Source of the DNA: Thermoleophilia bacterium
Lineage (GTDB): Bacteria > Actinomycetota > Thermoleophilia > Gaiellales > SKUG01
Reading direction: 5' to 3'
Length of the DNA stretch: 64,000 bases
Assembly: GCA_025964435.1 (NCBI GenBank)
Contig: JAOPYV010000167.1
Location: 1,419 to 65,418, forward strand
The notes below the pieces were generated by a model that did no database searches, was not told where the DNA came from, and was given only the letters and a program-made list of their open reading frames with translations. A program made the position numbers and the translations under genes. Shown piece after piece: positions 9,634 through 19,900 of this stretch; within the stretch, counting starts at the first letter, position 1; every line of letters begins with the position of its first letter.

Positions 9634-10518
9634 CTAGACGACGTCGTGCAGGTGGAGCGTGCCATCCTCGTGGAGGTGGACCTGCACATAGCCGCGCTGG
9701 ATCCCCTCCTGGATGCGATCCGGCTGCGATGCCCATGCGCCGTGCACGTGGACCTGCAGCTGGGCGCCGGCGGCGTCGGCCAGGACGATCCATGCGCCTT
9801 CGCTGCGCGCAGGGGCCGCCGTCGGAAGTGCAGAAGCCATCACCGTGGCAATGGGTCCACCCGGCTGCGGCGTGCCCGCGAGGCGACGTGCGTCGAAGAC
9901 GGGAGCTGCCACGGGTGCAGCAGGTGCAGGAGCAGCGGCGGCCGGAGCGGCAGCTGGGCCGCCCGCCGTGACGGTGGATGTGCCACCGAGCAGGACGGAC
10001 TGTGCGGAAGCCGCAGGCTGCGCGGCGCCGCCACCGATCGTGGTGGTCATCGGGCTGCCCGTGGCGATCGACGCTGCTCCAACGATGGTCCAACCGGAGC
10101 CGGACGTGCCGCCACCTCCGACGACGCTGCCACCGAGGTCGCCACCCGACAGGATCGACTGGGCGCTCGGAGCCGCGCCGAGGCCGCCACCGCCGATGAC
10201 GAACGTCTGCGCGCTGCCGGCAAGTGCTGCCTGCGCGCCGCTGACGATGACCGGCTGCCCCGAGACGGGAGCAGCGAGCGCACCGCCACCACCACCGCCA
10301 CCGGCAACTGGCGCCAGGGAGGAACCCAGGAGCGCCGTGATGATCGACGTGAGGCTGGAATACAGGGTCTGGACCATCGCGTTGAGCTGCGGGTCCGGCT
10401 GTGCGCCACCACCGAGGACGGGCGTCGTCAGGGGCGTCGTCACGGGCAGCGTCGCAGCGCTTCCGGGCGGAAGTGGGGGCTGCGCGGCTGCGAGGAGGTC
10501 TGCCATCACTTCCAGCAC
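9634..10518 (-). CDS. Gly/Ala-rich hypothetical protein with a His-rich C-terminal tail
   Basis: GC3 is high in this frame. Contains repeated SAQ(S/T)xxxGG motifs and poly-Gly runs. The last 40 aa contain 7 His (HVHGAW, VQVHLHEDGTLHLHDVV). No signal peptide is seen. Confidence 0.5.
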   Translation of the reverse strand: MLEVMADLLAAAQPPLPPGSAATLPVTTPLTTPVLGGGAQPDPQLNAMVQTLYSSLTSIITALLGSSLAPVAGGGGGGGALAAPVSGQPVIVSGAQAALAGSAQTFVIGGGGLGAAPSAQSILSGGDLGGSVVGGGGTSGSGWTIVGAASIATGSPMTTTIGGGAAQPAASAQSVLLGGTSTVTAGGPAAAPAAAAPAPAAPVAAPVFDARRLAGTPQPGGPIATVMASALPTAAPARSEGAWIVLADAAGAQLQVHVHGAWASQPDRIQEGIQRGYVQVHLHEDGTLHLHDVV

Positions 10519-10556
10519 ACCACGGAATCAGGGAATCGGCAATGGCTCGCGCCAGG

Positions 10557-11255
10557 TCAGACCGGTCGCAGGTCGGTCCCCGCGCGCTCGACGAGCCGAT
10601 CGTCGATGGCCCGTTCCACGGCGAGGTCCAGTCGCTCCTGGATCGCGCCGCCGCGACGTGTCCATCCGAACACCTTCGCGACCTGCATCGTGATGTCGTC
10701 GACCGCGCCCCGCCCGACGCCCTGCGTGACGCGCCAGATCGCCAACGCGAGCTCGACGAGCGGGACATCCTCGGCGCCACGCCGCGTCGCCTCGTCGTCG
10801 GTCGGCACGCGCACCGACTCCAGCACGCGACCGGGCGTTGCCAGCGAGTCACCAGCGCGCTCGACGAGCCCGCGCGCGAGCAGCTGCCGCAGCGCCTGGT
10901 CGAAGGCCTCCTGGACCCGACCGCCGGCACGGCGGAGGCCCCACGCGCGCCGGATGCGGTCCAGCGCGAGTCGATCGGTCACGGGTCCTTCGAGCTCGAC
11001 GACCTGTCGGATGAGCCGCTGCAGCTGCGGGCGCGCCGACGGCTCATGGATCTCGATCCACGTCTCGGAGACCTCGACCTCAGCAACGGCGTAGGGCTGC
11101 GACCACCCGGCGACGCTCGCGACCTTCGCGGCTGGGCGGTCGCTCGAGCCGGTGCGCCCAGCGGCTGGACGCTTCGCGCCGCCCTCCAGCTGCGCGACCC
11201 GAGCCTCGAGCGCGGCAATGCGCGCCTCCAGCTTCGCGACGCTGGACTCAGGCAT
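10557..11255 (-). CDS. Stand-alone DUF3320-like protein (a domain normally at the C-terminus of large helicase/nuclease proteins)
   Basis: N-terminal coiled coil (KLEARIAALEARVAQLE), then tandem winged-helix-like segments (QVVELEGPVTDRLALDRIRRAWG; VAKVFGWTRRGGAIQERLDLAVERAI). Family assignment is from memory of DUF3320 tails. Start taken as MPESS (ORF track start is 11294). Confidence 0.55.
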   Translation of the reverse strand: MPESSVAKLEARIAALEARVAQLEGGAKRPAAGRTGSSDRPAAKVASVAGWSQPYAVAEVEVSETWIEIHEPSARPQLQRLIRQVVELEGPVTDRLALDRIRRAWGLRRAGGRVQEAFDQALRQLLARGLVERAGDSLATPGRVLESVRVPTDDEATRRGAEDVPLVELALAIWRVTQGVGRGAVDDITMQVAKVFGWTRRGGAIQERLDLAVERAIDDRLVERAGTDLRPV

Positions 11256-11964
11256 CCGCGGAACCCGCGGCAACCGTCGGAGCAGCGGCGCCACGCGCGG
11301 CGCGGCGCCGCCGCACGTCGACGAGGAACACCACCAGCATCACCAGCACGCCACCGACCATCAGCACGTACTCGCCATATCGACCGATCCAGGTCGAGCC
11401 GCCGATGTACTCGAGGCGGCCCGTCACGAGCACGTCCGTGTCGCCGTAGCGCATCGTCACCTTGAAGTCGTTCACCTTCTGCGTGTCGGGGTTCCCATCG
11501 TCGATGTTCGGCGGCAGCCGGCCACCCATCCAATGCGCGCGATGATCGTGGTAGGCGAAGAACGCCGGCGCTCGTCGCACGCGCTTCCACTCCGGTGCGC
11601 CAGTGCCCGCACCCTCCGGGATCTCGCCGAACTTCACCTCGTCGAGGTTGGCGAAGTAGGCCTTCGAGTTCCGGTTCTCGAAGACGCCGAGCGGCCCGAT
11701 CCGCACGTATGGCTCACAGCCGGCGACGTAGCCGCAGACGACCAGCTCCGCATCACCCTTGTTCTCGATGCGCAGCTGGTCACCGTCGGCGGACCGCACG
11801 TCGATCGGGATCCCCGCGGGCTCGATGTCCTCGATGATCGTCCGGAAGTCCGCGTCATCGCCGCCATGCGCGAGCGCGACGCTCGGGACCGCAGCGCAGG
11901 CAGCGACGCACAGCAGGACTGCGATGGCGCGGCGTACGGATCCCCGCTTGGTCAGTCGTGTCAT
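11248..11964 (-). CDS. Secreted, C-terminally membrane-anchored His-rich protein (hypothetical, copper-locus associated)
   Basis: Signal peptide ending ALAHGGDD. His clusters (FAYHDHRAHW). C-terminal TM followed by RRRR. ATGA overlap with the upstream CopC/CopD gene. Confidence 0.7.
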   Translation of the reverse strand: MTRLTKRGSVRRAIAVLLCVAACAAVPSVALAHGGDDADFRTIIEDIEPAGIPIDVRSADGDQLRIENKGDAELVVCGYVAGCEPYVRIGPLGVFENRNSKAYFANLDEVKFGEIPEGAGTGAPEWKRVRRAPAFFAYHDHRAHWMGGRLPPNIDDGNPDTQKVNDFKVTMRYGDTDVLVTGRLEYIGGSTWIGRYGEYVLMVGGVLVMLVVFLVDVRRRRAARGAAAPTVAAGSADA

Positions 11965-13634
11965 GTGTCGGCCTTTCCGATCGAGGTGGTGAAGCTGGCA
12001 GCCTGCGAGTCGAAGGTACCGCGCTCGACCTGCAGCGTGAACGTCCAGGAGCCTGCAAAGGGAATCGTCTTGGCTGGCGTGGTGAAGTGGCCCGGCCCGG
12101 AGGGCAGCAGCGGGATCTCGAGGCCTTCGATGCCCTTGCCCCCGCCCTTGCCGCGCATCGTGACGTTCGTCACCGTCTCATCCAGCCGACCGCGCTCGTT
12201 GCTGACGTAGACATGGATCTCGTTCGCGCCGACGCGGGCGGGATCCACCACGAGCTGCAGCTCACCGGTGCGCAGCGGGATCACCTTGTCGACGAGCTTC
12301 GGCTGGATCGAGGACTTCGCGGGCGGCGTCTGGATCAGCGCCGCAGTGACGCCGACGACGACGGCAAGGATCGCCAGCTCGCCCGCGACGTAGCGGCGCA
12401 GCCGACCGCGGCTCGCCGGATCGACGCTGTCTGCCGCCTCCGCCTCGAGTGCCGGCACGTTACGGCGCTGGTTGAGCCACGCGAGCGGCATCGTCGCCAG
12501 GAGCAGCAGCGCCTTGATGAGCACGAGGCGACCATAGGTCGTCTCGCTGAGCGCCTCCCAGGACAGGCCGATCTCGATGAACGATGCGTAGAGCCCTGTG
12601 GCCACGAGCGTCCCGACCGCAGCCATCGCCACACGCGACCAGCGACGCACCGTTGCGCCGTGCGCGCCCGGCGCCCGCATCAGGAGGATCAGCGCGACGA
12701 GTCCGCCGATCCACACCGCAGCGGCGACCATGTGGAGCATGTCGAGCGGCAGGCGAAGCCAGACGGGCTTGGTCGCGATGGCGTGGCCACCTGCCGACCA
12801 TGCGAGCAGCGGCGCCATGGCAGGGAGCGCGACGAGCGCGCCCTGCCGCCACGTGCGGACACGCGCCACGTCGATCATCCGGAGCCAGAGCGCGAGCACG
12901 GCGATCAGGCCCAGCTGCACGAGCGCGGAGCGACCCCATGTCGTCGAGGCTTCGGCCCGCACCACGTCCCATCGCAGCGTCTCGGCCAGCGAGAAGCCAG
13001 CAGCGTTCGCCGCATCGAGCAGGTACGAGACAACAACGCCCACGAATGCGAGCACGAGCGCGGGGACGACCCACCGAGGCGACGTGCCGGGTGCGATGCA
13101 GGCGGCGAACACGACCGCCCCTGCCAGGTACAGCAGCGCCGCGAGGGCAATGCCCCGCGCCACGCCGAACGCGACCTCCACCGATCGGTTCCCCGCCGAT
13201 GCCGCACGCGCCTTGTCCTCGCTCACGGTGTCGCCGGAGCGTGCGCCGACATGGAAGGTCGAGGCGCCCCGCACCGGATGGCCATCCCCCGACACGATTC
13301 GATACGACAGCGCATACGTGCCGCGAGCCGCCCCGTCGATCGGCACGACCAGCGTCCTTCCGCCTTCGACGGATGCATCGCCATCGTCGACGCGCGAGCC
13401 GTCGGGGCCCCAGACCTTGCTTCCCCCGAAGGCGACGACGATCGATTCGTTGAACTTGAGCCGCACCTCGCGGACCGATCCATCGACGGTCGCCTCGTCG
13501 CCCGGCTGGGAGTCGATGAGCACGGCGTGGGCACCAGCGCTCGGCACTGCGGCCGCGAAGACGACCACGAACAGCACGAGCACGCGGAGCAGCGCGGCTC
13601 GAAGCCCTGGCTGTGTTCGGTTCGGTCGTGGCAC
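11961..13634 (-). CDS. Copper resistance CopC-CopD fusion protein with a C-terminal YtkA/FixH-like domain
   Basis: CopC domain HAVLIDSQPGDEATV...YRIVSGDGHPVRGASTFHVG, followed by a multi-TM CopD-like region. Start taken as GTG 13634, which has AGGGAG 5 nt upstream. The ORF-track ATG at 13718 adds 28 low-GC3 codons. Confidence 0.85.
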   Translation of the reverse strand: MPRPNRTQPGLRAALLRVLVLFVVVFAAAVPSAGAHAVLIDSQPGDEATVDGSVREVRLKFNESIVVAFGGSKVWGPDGSRVDDGDASVEGGRTLVVPIDGAARGTYALSYRIVSGDGHPVRGASTFHVGARSGDTVSEDKARAASAGNRSVEVAFGVARGIALAALLYLAGAVVFAACIAPGTSPRWVVPALVLAFVGVVVSYLLDAANAAGFSLAETLRWDVVRAEASTTWGRSALVQLGLIAVLALWLRMIDVARVRTWRQGALVALPAMAPLLAWSAGGHAIATKPVWLRLPLDMLHMVAAAVWIGGLVALILLMRAPGAHGATVRRWSRVAMAAVGTLVATGLYASFIEIGLSWEALSETTYGRLVLIKALLLLATMPLAWLNQRRNVPALEAEAADSVDPASRGRLRRYVAGELAILAVVVGVTAALIQTPPAKSSIQPKLVDKVIPLRTGELQLVVDPARVGANEIHVYVSNERGRLDETVTNVTMRGKGGGKGIEGLEIPLLPSGPGHFTTPAKTIPFAGSWTFTLQVERGTFDSQAASFTTSIGKADT

Positions 13635-13787
13635 GCTGACTCCCTGTTGACCCCCGCGCTTCCGCGGGTTCGCGGGTTCGCTACCCGCGCCGGGGGTGGT
13701 CGACACGCACGGTGCCATCGTGGGGCCCTACGTTATACGGGCCCACTTCGTTTGGCATCCGCTGCAAAACGGTACGATTCCTGTGAC

Positions 13788-14408
13788 GTGACCGGACCCG
13801 ACACATCGGATGGCCAGATCGTTCGCGTTCGGCTTCGGGGCGACGAACGACGAGCAGTCATTCTCGCGGCCGCCCAGAAGGCGTTCGCCCGAGCGGGCTA
13901 CCATGGAGTCAGCACCGCCGCGATCGCGCGCGATGCCGGCTGCAGCGAGCCGATGCTCTACAAGCACTTCACCAGCAAGCAGGCCCTGTTCGCGGCCGCG
14001 CTGGAGGAAGCCAGCGGTCGCGTCGAGGGGCAGTGGGACCAGATGTTCTCCATGCCCGGCAACCTGCTCAGCAACTGGAAGCAGGCGCTGCCGATCATCA
14101 TGAACGACAGCGCGTACGTCGAGATGATGCAGCTGCGGAAGCTCGCCGTGACGATCGTCGATGATCCCGCGATCCGCGCAACGCTCGATGGCATGCACCA
14201 TCGCCTCGAGGAGCGGGTGGCGCTCTTCGTCGGCAACGCGAAGGCCGAGGGCTGGATGCGCGAGGACGTCGAGCCGGAGTTCGTCTCCTGGATGTGGCTC
14301 GGCCTGATCTGGGCTGGCTGCCTGCGCGAGGCTATGGAGCCCCGCGGATTCTCGAAGATGCTGCCGATCGCGGAGGCCTTCATCGACGGCCTGCGCCCGA
14401 CTGCCTGA
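13788..14408 (+). CDS. TetR-family transcriptional regulator
   Basis: This is the 3' 621 nt of track ORF 11958..14408. GTG start. HTH sequence VSTAAIARDAGCSEPMLYKHFTSKQALF. Divergent from the copper locus. Confidence 0.85.
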   Translation: MTGPDTSDGQIVRVRLRGDERRAVILAAAQKAFARAGYHGVSTAAIARDAGCSEPMLYKHFTSKQALFAAALEEASGRVEGQWDQMFSMPGNLLSNWKQALPIIMNDSAYVEMMQLRKLAVTIVDDPAIRATLDGMHHRLEERVALFVGNAKAEGWMREDVEPEFVSWMWLGLIWAGCLREAMEPRGFSKMLPIAEAFIDGLRPTA

Positions 14409-14535
14409 CCAGCGCGTCTGTTTCAGCCCGGCGATCCACTAGCGGGCAGATCTAGTTGCGACCGCAACAACCTTGTGGCATCGTTCTCGTCGTGGGGACT
14501 GGTAACCCAGTTCCACCGATCACAGAGGACATCCC

Positions 14536-16872
14536 ATGACTGAAGAACTGTTGCTGGTACCGGTCGATGAGACCGTCGTCTTTCCGGATACCACCGTCAC
14601 CCTGACCGTCGACATCGAGGTCGGCGATCGCGTTCTGCTCGTGCCCCGCGACGAGGACGGCGTCTACGCCAACGTCGGCACGATCGCGGTCGTTATCGAA
14701 CGCGCACGATTGCCGCGCGGCGCCCACGCCGTCGTCCTGACCGGCGAGAGCCGCGGCATCCCGGGTGTCGCCGCGCCGGGCCCTGACGGCAACCTCTACG
14801 TTCCCGTCGAGGCCCACCCCGACGTCGAGCCGCCACGCGCCAAGACGGCCGAGCTCGAGCGTGAGTACCGTGCGCTCGTCGAGGAGATCCTCGAGCTGCG
14901 CGGCACCGACAACCGCGTCGCTGGATTCCTCCGCTCGATCGCCGCCGCCGGCGCCCTCGCGGACACGGCCGGCTACTCGCCCGTGCTCTCGCACGAGCAG
15001 AAGGTCCGGCTGCTCGAGACGCTGGACGTCGTCGAGCGCCTCGAGCTCGCGATCGCGCTCCAGCGCGAGTCGCTGACCGAGCTCCAGGTCCGTCGTCGCA
15101 TCCGCGATGACATCGATTCCGACACGCAGAAGCAGCAGCGCGACTACTTCCTGCGCAAGCAGCTCGATTCGATCCGCAAGGAGCTCGGCGACGACGAGGC
15201 CTCGGTCACCGACGAGTACCGCGGCAAGCTCGCCGACGTCGGCGCCGGCATGCCCGAGGCGATCCGCGAGCAGTTCGAGCGCGAGCTGACACGGCTCGAG
15301 CGCATGGGCGAGGGGGGCATGGAGGCGCAGACGATCCGCTCCTACCTCGACTGGCTGCTGGCCGTGCCGTGGGGCGAGATGAGCGAGGACCAGCTGGACA
15401 TCCCGCACGCCCGCGGCGTGCTCGACGCTGAGCACTCCGGCCTCGACGACGTCAAGGAGCGCATCGTCGAGCACCTCGCGGTCCGCAAGCTGCGGCTGGA
15501 GCGCGAGATCGACCCGGACCCCCGCTCGGGCGCGATCCTGACGCTGATCGGACCGCCCGGAACGGGCAAGACGTCGATCGGCGAGTCGATCGCACACGCG
15601 CTCGGTCGCAAGTTCGTCCGGCTGTCACTCGGTGGCGTTCGCGACGAGGCGGAGATCCGCGGCCACCGACGCACGTATGTCGGAGCCCTGCCGGGTCGAC
15701 TCGTGCGTGCCCTGCGCGATGCCGGCACGATGAACCCGGTGATCCTGCTGGACGAGGTCGACAAGGTCGGCGCCGACTGGCGTGGCGATCCGTCGAGCGC
15801 GCTGCTCGAGGTGCTCGACCCCGCCCAGAACCACACCTTCCGCGACCACTACCTCGACGTCGACCTCGACCTGTCGAAGGTCATCTTCATCGCGACCGCG
15901 AACAGCGCGGACGGGATCCCCGGCCCGCTGCTCGACCGCATGGAGGTCATCGACTTCGACGGCTACACGACGGCCGAGAAGTTCGCCATCGCGAACGACC
16001 ACCTCTGGCCACGCCAGCGCGAGCGCGCCGGGCTCCGCGAGGAGGAGGTCACGCTGCAGCAGGATGGACTCCAGGCGCTGATCACGGAGTACACCCGCGA
16101 AGCAGGCGTGCGCCAGCTCGACCGGACGCTGGCGACCGTTGCCCGCAAGACGGCGACGAAGCTCGCCATCGACCAGGCGGAGGCGCCGTTCACGATCGAC
16201 GCCGATGCGGCGCGCAGCGCAGCCGGTCGACGGCGCGTCTGGCAGGAGAGCGCGGAACGCACCGCGGTTCCCGGCGTCGCGACGGGACTCGCCGTGACCG
16301 GGGCAGGCGGCGACGTGCTGTTCGTCGAGGCGACCTCGATGCCGAATCCCGGCGGTACCGGAGGCGCCGAGCTCGTGCTGACCGGCCAGCTCGGTGACGT
16401 CATGAAGGAGAGCGCACGCATCGCCCTGAGCCACGTCCGGGCCAATGCGGATCACTTCAACATCAGCGCCGAGGCGTTCGATGGGCGCACCTTCCACGTA
16501 CACGTCCCGGCAGGTGCGATCCCGAAGGACGGGCCGAGCGCCGGCATCACGATGGCCACGGCACTCGTGTCGCTCCTGACCGGCCGGCCCGTGCGACACA
16601 CCGTCGGCATGACGGGCGAGCTGACGCTCCAGGGCAAGGTGCTGCCGATCGGCGGCCTCAAGCAGAAGGTGCTCGCCGCACACGCCGCAGGACTGACAGA
16701 GGTGGTCATGCCCGATCGCAATCGAGGTGACCTGGAGGACGTGCCCGAGGACGTTCGCGCGGTGATGAGCTTCCGCCCGTCGCTCCAGCTCCGGGAAGTG
16801 ATCGACGTCGCGCTCGAACCGCTGCCGGCGACCGGCCATTCACTCGCTCGCGACGACGCTCGAACTGCCTGA
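14536..16872 (+). CDS. lon: ATP-dependent Lon protease
   Basis: Lon N-domain, Walker A GPPGTGKTS, and protease Ser motif PKDGPSAGITMATAL. SD AGAGGA lies upstream of the ATG. Confidence 0.97.
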   Translation: MTEELLLVPVDETVVFPDTTVTLTVDIEVGDRVLLVPRDEDGVYANVGTIAVVIERARLPRGAHAVVLTGESRGIPGVAAPGPDGNLYVPVEAHPDVEPPRAKTAELEREYRALVEEILELRGTDNRVAGFLRSIAAAGALADTAGYSPVLSHEQKVRLLETLDVVERLELAIALQRESLTELQVRRRIRDDIDSDTQKQQRDYFLRKQLDSIRKELGDDEASVTDEYRGKLADVGAGMPEAIREQFERELTRLERMGEGGMEAQTIRSYLDWLLAVPWGEMSEDQLDIPHARGVLDAEHSGLDDVKERIVEHLAVRKLRLEREIDPDPRSGAILTLIGPPGTGKTSIGESIAHALGRKFVRLSLGGVRDEAEIRGHRRTYVGALPGRLVRALRDAGTMNPVILLDEVDKVGADWRGDPSSALLEVLDPAQNHTFRDHYLDVDLDLSKVIFIATANSADGIPGPLLDRMEVIDFDGYTTAEKFAIANDHLWPRQRERAGLREEEVTLQQDGLQALITEYTREAGVRQLDRTLATVARKTATKLAIDQAEAPFTIDADAARSAAGRRRVWQESAERTAVPGVATGLAVTGAGGDVLFVEATSMPNPGGTGGAELVLTGQLGDVMKESARIALSHVRANADHFNISAEAFDGRTFHVHVPAGAIPKDGPSAGITMATALVSLLTGRPVRHTVGMTGELTLQGKVLPIGGLKQKVLAAHAAGLTEVVMPDRNRGDLEDVPEDVRAVMSFRPSLQLREVIDVALEPLPATGHSLARDDARTA

Positions 16873-16886
16873 AATTCGACGGCCTG

Positions 16887-16915
16887 CCCGGGGGTGGTGA
16901 TTCACCACTTCCGGG
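16887..16915 (+). terminator. GC-rich hairpin 15 nt after the lon stop (terminator or palindromic operator)
   Basis: CCCGG-GG-GTGGTGA-T-TCACCAC-TT-CCGGG is an almost perfect inverted repeat. It has no clear U-tract. Confidence 0.4.
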
Positions 16916-16978
16916 TATTGGCTGACGCAGCCGTCCGCGCCTGCGCGACGTCCTGACCGAATTTCCTGGAGCGCATCC

Positions 16979-19900
16979 ATGCGAAGCCTCGTCCGATGGT
17001 GTCTCGACCGCCGCCCCGTCGTCATCCTTGCCACTGCGCTCGTGCTGCTCGGTGGCGTGCTCGGCGCCACCCAGCTGCGTCAGCAGCTCTTCCCTGACTT
17101 CGACTTCCCGCTGGCAATCGCCACCATCGAGGCTCCCGGTCTCGATGCGACGAGCCTCGACAGCGACGTTGCCCAGCCGATCGAGCGCGCCGTCGAGCCG
17201 CTCGAGGAGGTCGTCGGTGTCAGCACCGTGGCATCCGACGGGCTGCTGCGGCTCTACATCGAGCTGGCGTACGGCAGTGAGAGTGACGCCGCGGAGGATG
17301 CGATCGCCAAGCAGATCGACGACCTCGACCTGCCGGCAGGCATCGACGGAGCAACCTTCGCCGGAGGCTTCCAGGAGCAGGCCGTCGTCATCGCCACGAT
17401 CACGCCGAAGGATGGCGACCTTGCGGGCGCCAGCGACGAGGCTGCCGAGCTGCGTCGCGACCTCGAGGCCACCGAGGGTGTCGGTCGCGTCGACCTGGCG
17501 GGCGGCAGCGATCCGCGCCTGCAGGTGACGCTCACCGGTGCAGCGCTTGCCCGCGGCGTGACCGCCCAGCAGGTCGCGACGACGATCGAGGCGGCGCAGA
17601 CCCGCACCAACGCCGGAGTCCTGCGTGATGCCGCCGGCATCCCGACGGGTGTGGTGCTCGAGGGTCCGGCGATCGGCGACGTCGCCGGCCTGCGTGCGCT
17701 CGCCATCCCGGGCGTCGGCACCGTCGGCTCCGTGGCCGAGATCCGCGAGGTGGATGCCGCCGACGCCGGCTTCGCCACGGCCAACGGCGTGCCAGCCCTC
17801 TCCCTCTCGGTGTTCCGTGAGACGGGCAAGGACGAGGTGGCGACCGTGGATGGCACGCTCGAGGTGCTCGACGCGGCGGAGAAGTCCTTCGGCGCCGGCT
17901 CGGTCGACGTGCTCTACGAGACCGCCTCCGACATTCGCGGCTCGATCCGCGGCCTGATCCTCGAAGGCACGCTCGGTGCGTTCTTCGCCGTCGTCGTGAT
18001 CTTCCTGTTCCTGCGCTCGATCCGTGGCACGCTCGTCGCCGCGATCTCGATCCCGACGTCGATCGTCTTCGGCATCCTCGTCGCGTGGCTGCTCGGCCTG
18101 ACGATCAACGTCATCACGCTCGCGGGCCTGACCATCGCCGTGGGCCGCGTGATCGATGACGGCATCGTCGTGCTCGAGAACATCCACAAGCACCTCGAGC
18201 GTGGCGTGCCACGACGCCAGGCGATGATCGACGGCACCGGCGAGGTCGCCACCGCGATCGCCTCGAGCTCGATCGCCACTGCGGCCGTGTTCCTGCCGAT
18301 CGGTCTCGTCGGCGGGCTGATCAGCGAGATCTTCCTCTCCTTCTCGATCATCGTCACCGCCGCGCTGCTGGCGTCGCTGCTCGTCGCCGTCACGATCATC
18401 CCGGTCGTCGGCGCCTACGTGCTGCGACCATCCGACACGCCCCACGACCCCGAGACGGATCGCCTCTCCGAGCTCGTCGTGCCCGCGACGCGCTTCGGCA
18501 TCAAGTGGCGCTGGATCGTCATCCCCACCGCATTCCTCACGATGATCGGCGTCTTCATCGCCGTCGCCATGGGTGCCGTCCCGACACAGTTCCTCCCGGA
18601 CGATGGGCGCAACCAGCTCTACGGCACGGCGCAGCTCGCGCCGGGCACGACGGCCGCGGAGGCGCGCACGCAGCTCAAGCCGCTCGAGGAGCGCTTCGCC
18701 GAGGTCGACGGGCTCGAGGACCTGCAGCTGACCTACGGCATCGCCAGCGGGAACGCCGCCTTCGACCCGACCGTCAGCTCGAGCACCGCGGAGTACTTCT
18801 TCTCGATCAAGGAAGGCTCGAAGCAGGACGCCGACGAGGTCGAGACAGCGTTGCGCGCCTTCGGTGAGCGTGAGTACGAGCTCGGCTTCGGCGTCCAGCG
18901 GATCTCCAACGGACCACCCAGCGGGACCTTCCAGGTCAACATCGACGGCGAGGACCAGGCGAAGATCGCCGCCGCGGCGCAGCAGATCACCGACGAGGTG
19001 CTCGAGCCGAACGCCACGAACTGGGGACTCGTCGAGATCGAGGCGCAGGCTGCGCAGGCCATCCCCCAGCTCGTGATCCGACGGCGCGCCGATGCGGACA
19101 TCACGCCCGAGGCGCTCCAGGCCGCGCTCGCGGGAATCTCGGGCACGGTCCCGGCCGGCACGAGCGGCGACGTGCCGATCACCGTGGCGGCGGACAGCTC
19201 GCTCGCGGCGGATCCAGCGGCGCTGCGCGCACTTCCGGTCGCCACGAGCGACGGGCGCGAGCTGCGCCTCGGTGACGTGGCCACCTTCGAGCGCGTCGAG
19301 AGTCCCGCCTTCGTCAATCGCGTCGAAGGGGAGCTGTCCGGCAGCATCACCGCGCGGCTGACCAAGGAAGACACGGCAGGGACGAACAAGGACATCCGCG
19401 CGGCGGTCGAGAAGCTCGACCTGGCTGGCGTCGAGCTCGACTGGGAGCAGGGCGACCAGGAGTTCACGAACCAGATGTTCGCGGACATGGGCCTGGCGAT
19501 GGCGGTCGCGATCGTCCTCGTGTTCTTCGTGCTCGTCCTGTTCTTCGGGTCGATCGCCCAGCCCTTCACGATCCTCGCGCCGATCATGTTTTCCTTCATC
19601 GGCTCGTTCGGCGCGCTCATCGTCACGGGCCGACCGCTCGGCCTGCCGGCCATGATCGGGCAGCTGCTGCTGATCGGCATCATCGTGTCCAACTCGATCC
19701 TGCTCGTCGACGCGACGATCCGACTGCGTCGCGCCGGCGTGCGGCGCGACGAGGCGATCATCCGAGCCGCGCGGCTGCGCGTGCGCCCGGTGCTGATGAC
19801 CGCGTCGGCAACGATCGCCGCGCTGCTGCCCCTCTCGCTCGGTATCTCGGGCGAGGGCGGCATCATCAGCCAGTCACTTGGTACCGTGGTGATCGGCGGA

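Noticed and set aside
7492-11094. 1200-aa plus-strand ORF spanning the kinase, regulator, Gly-rich and DUF3320-like genes
   Set aside because: It is antisense to four well-supported minus-strand genes, has Arg-rich composition and has no recognisable domains.
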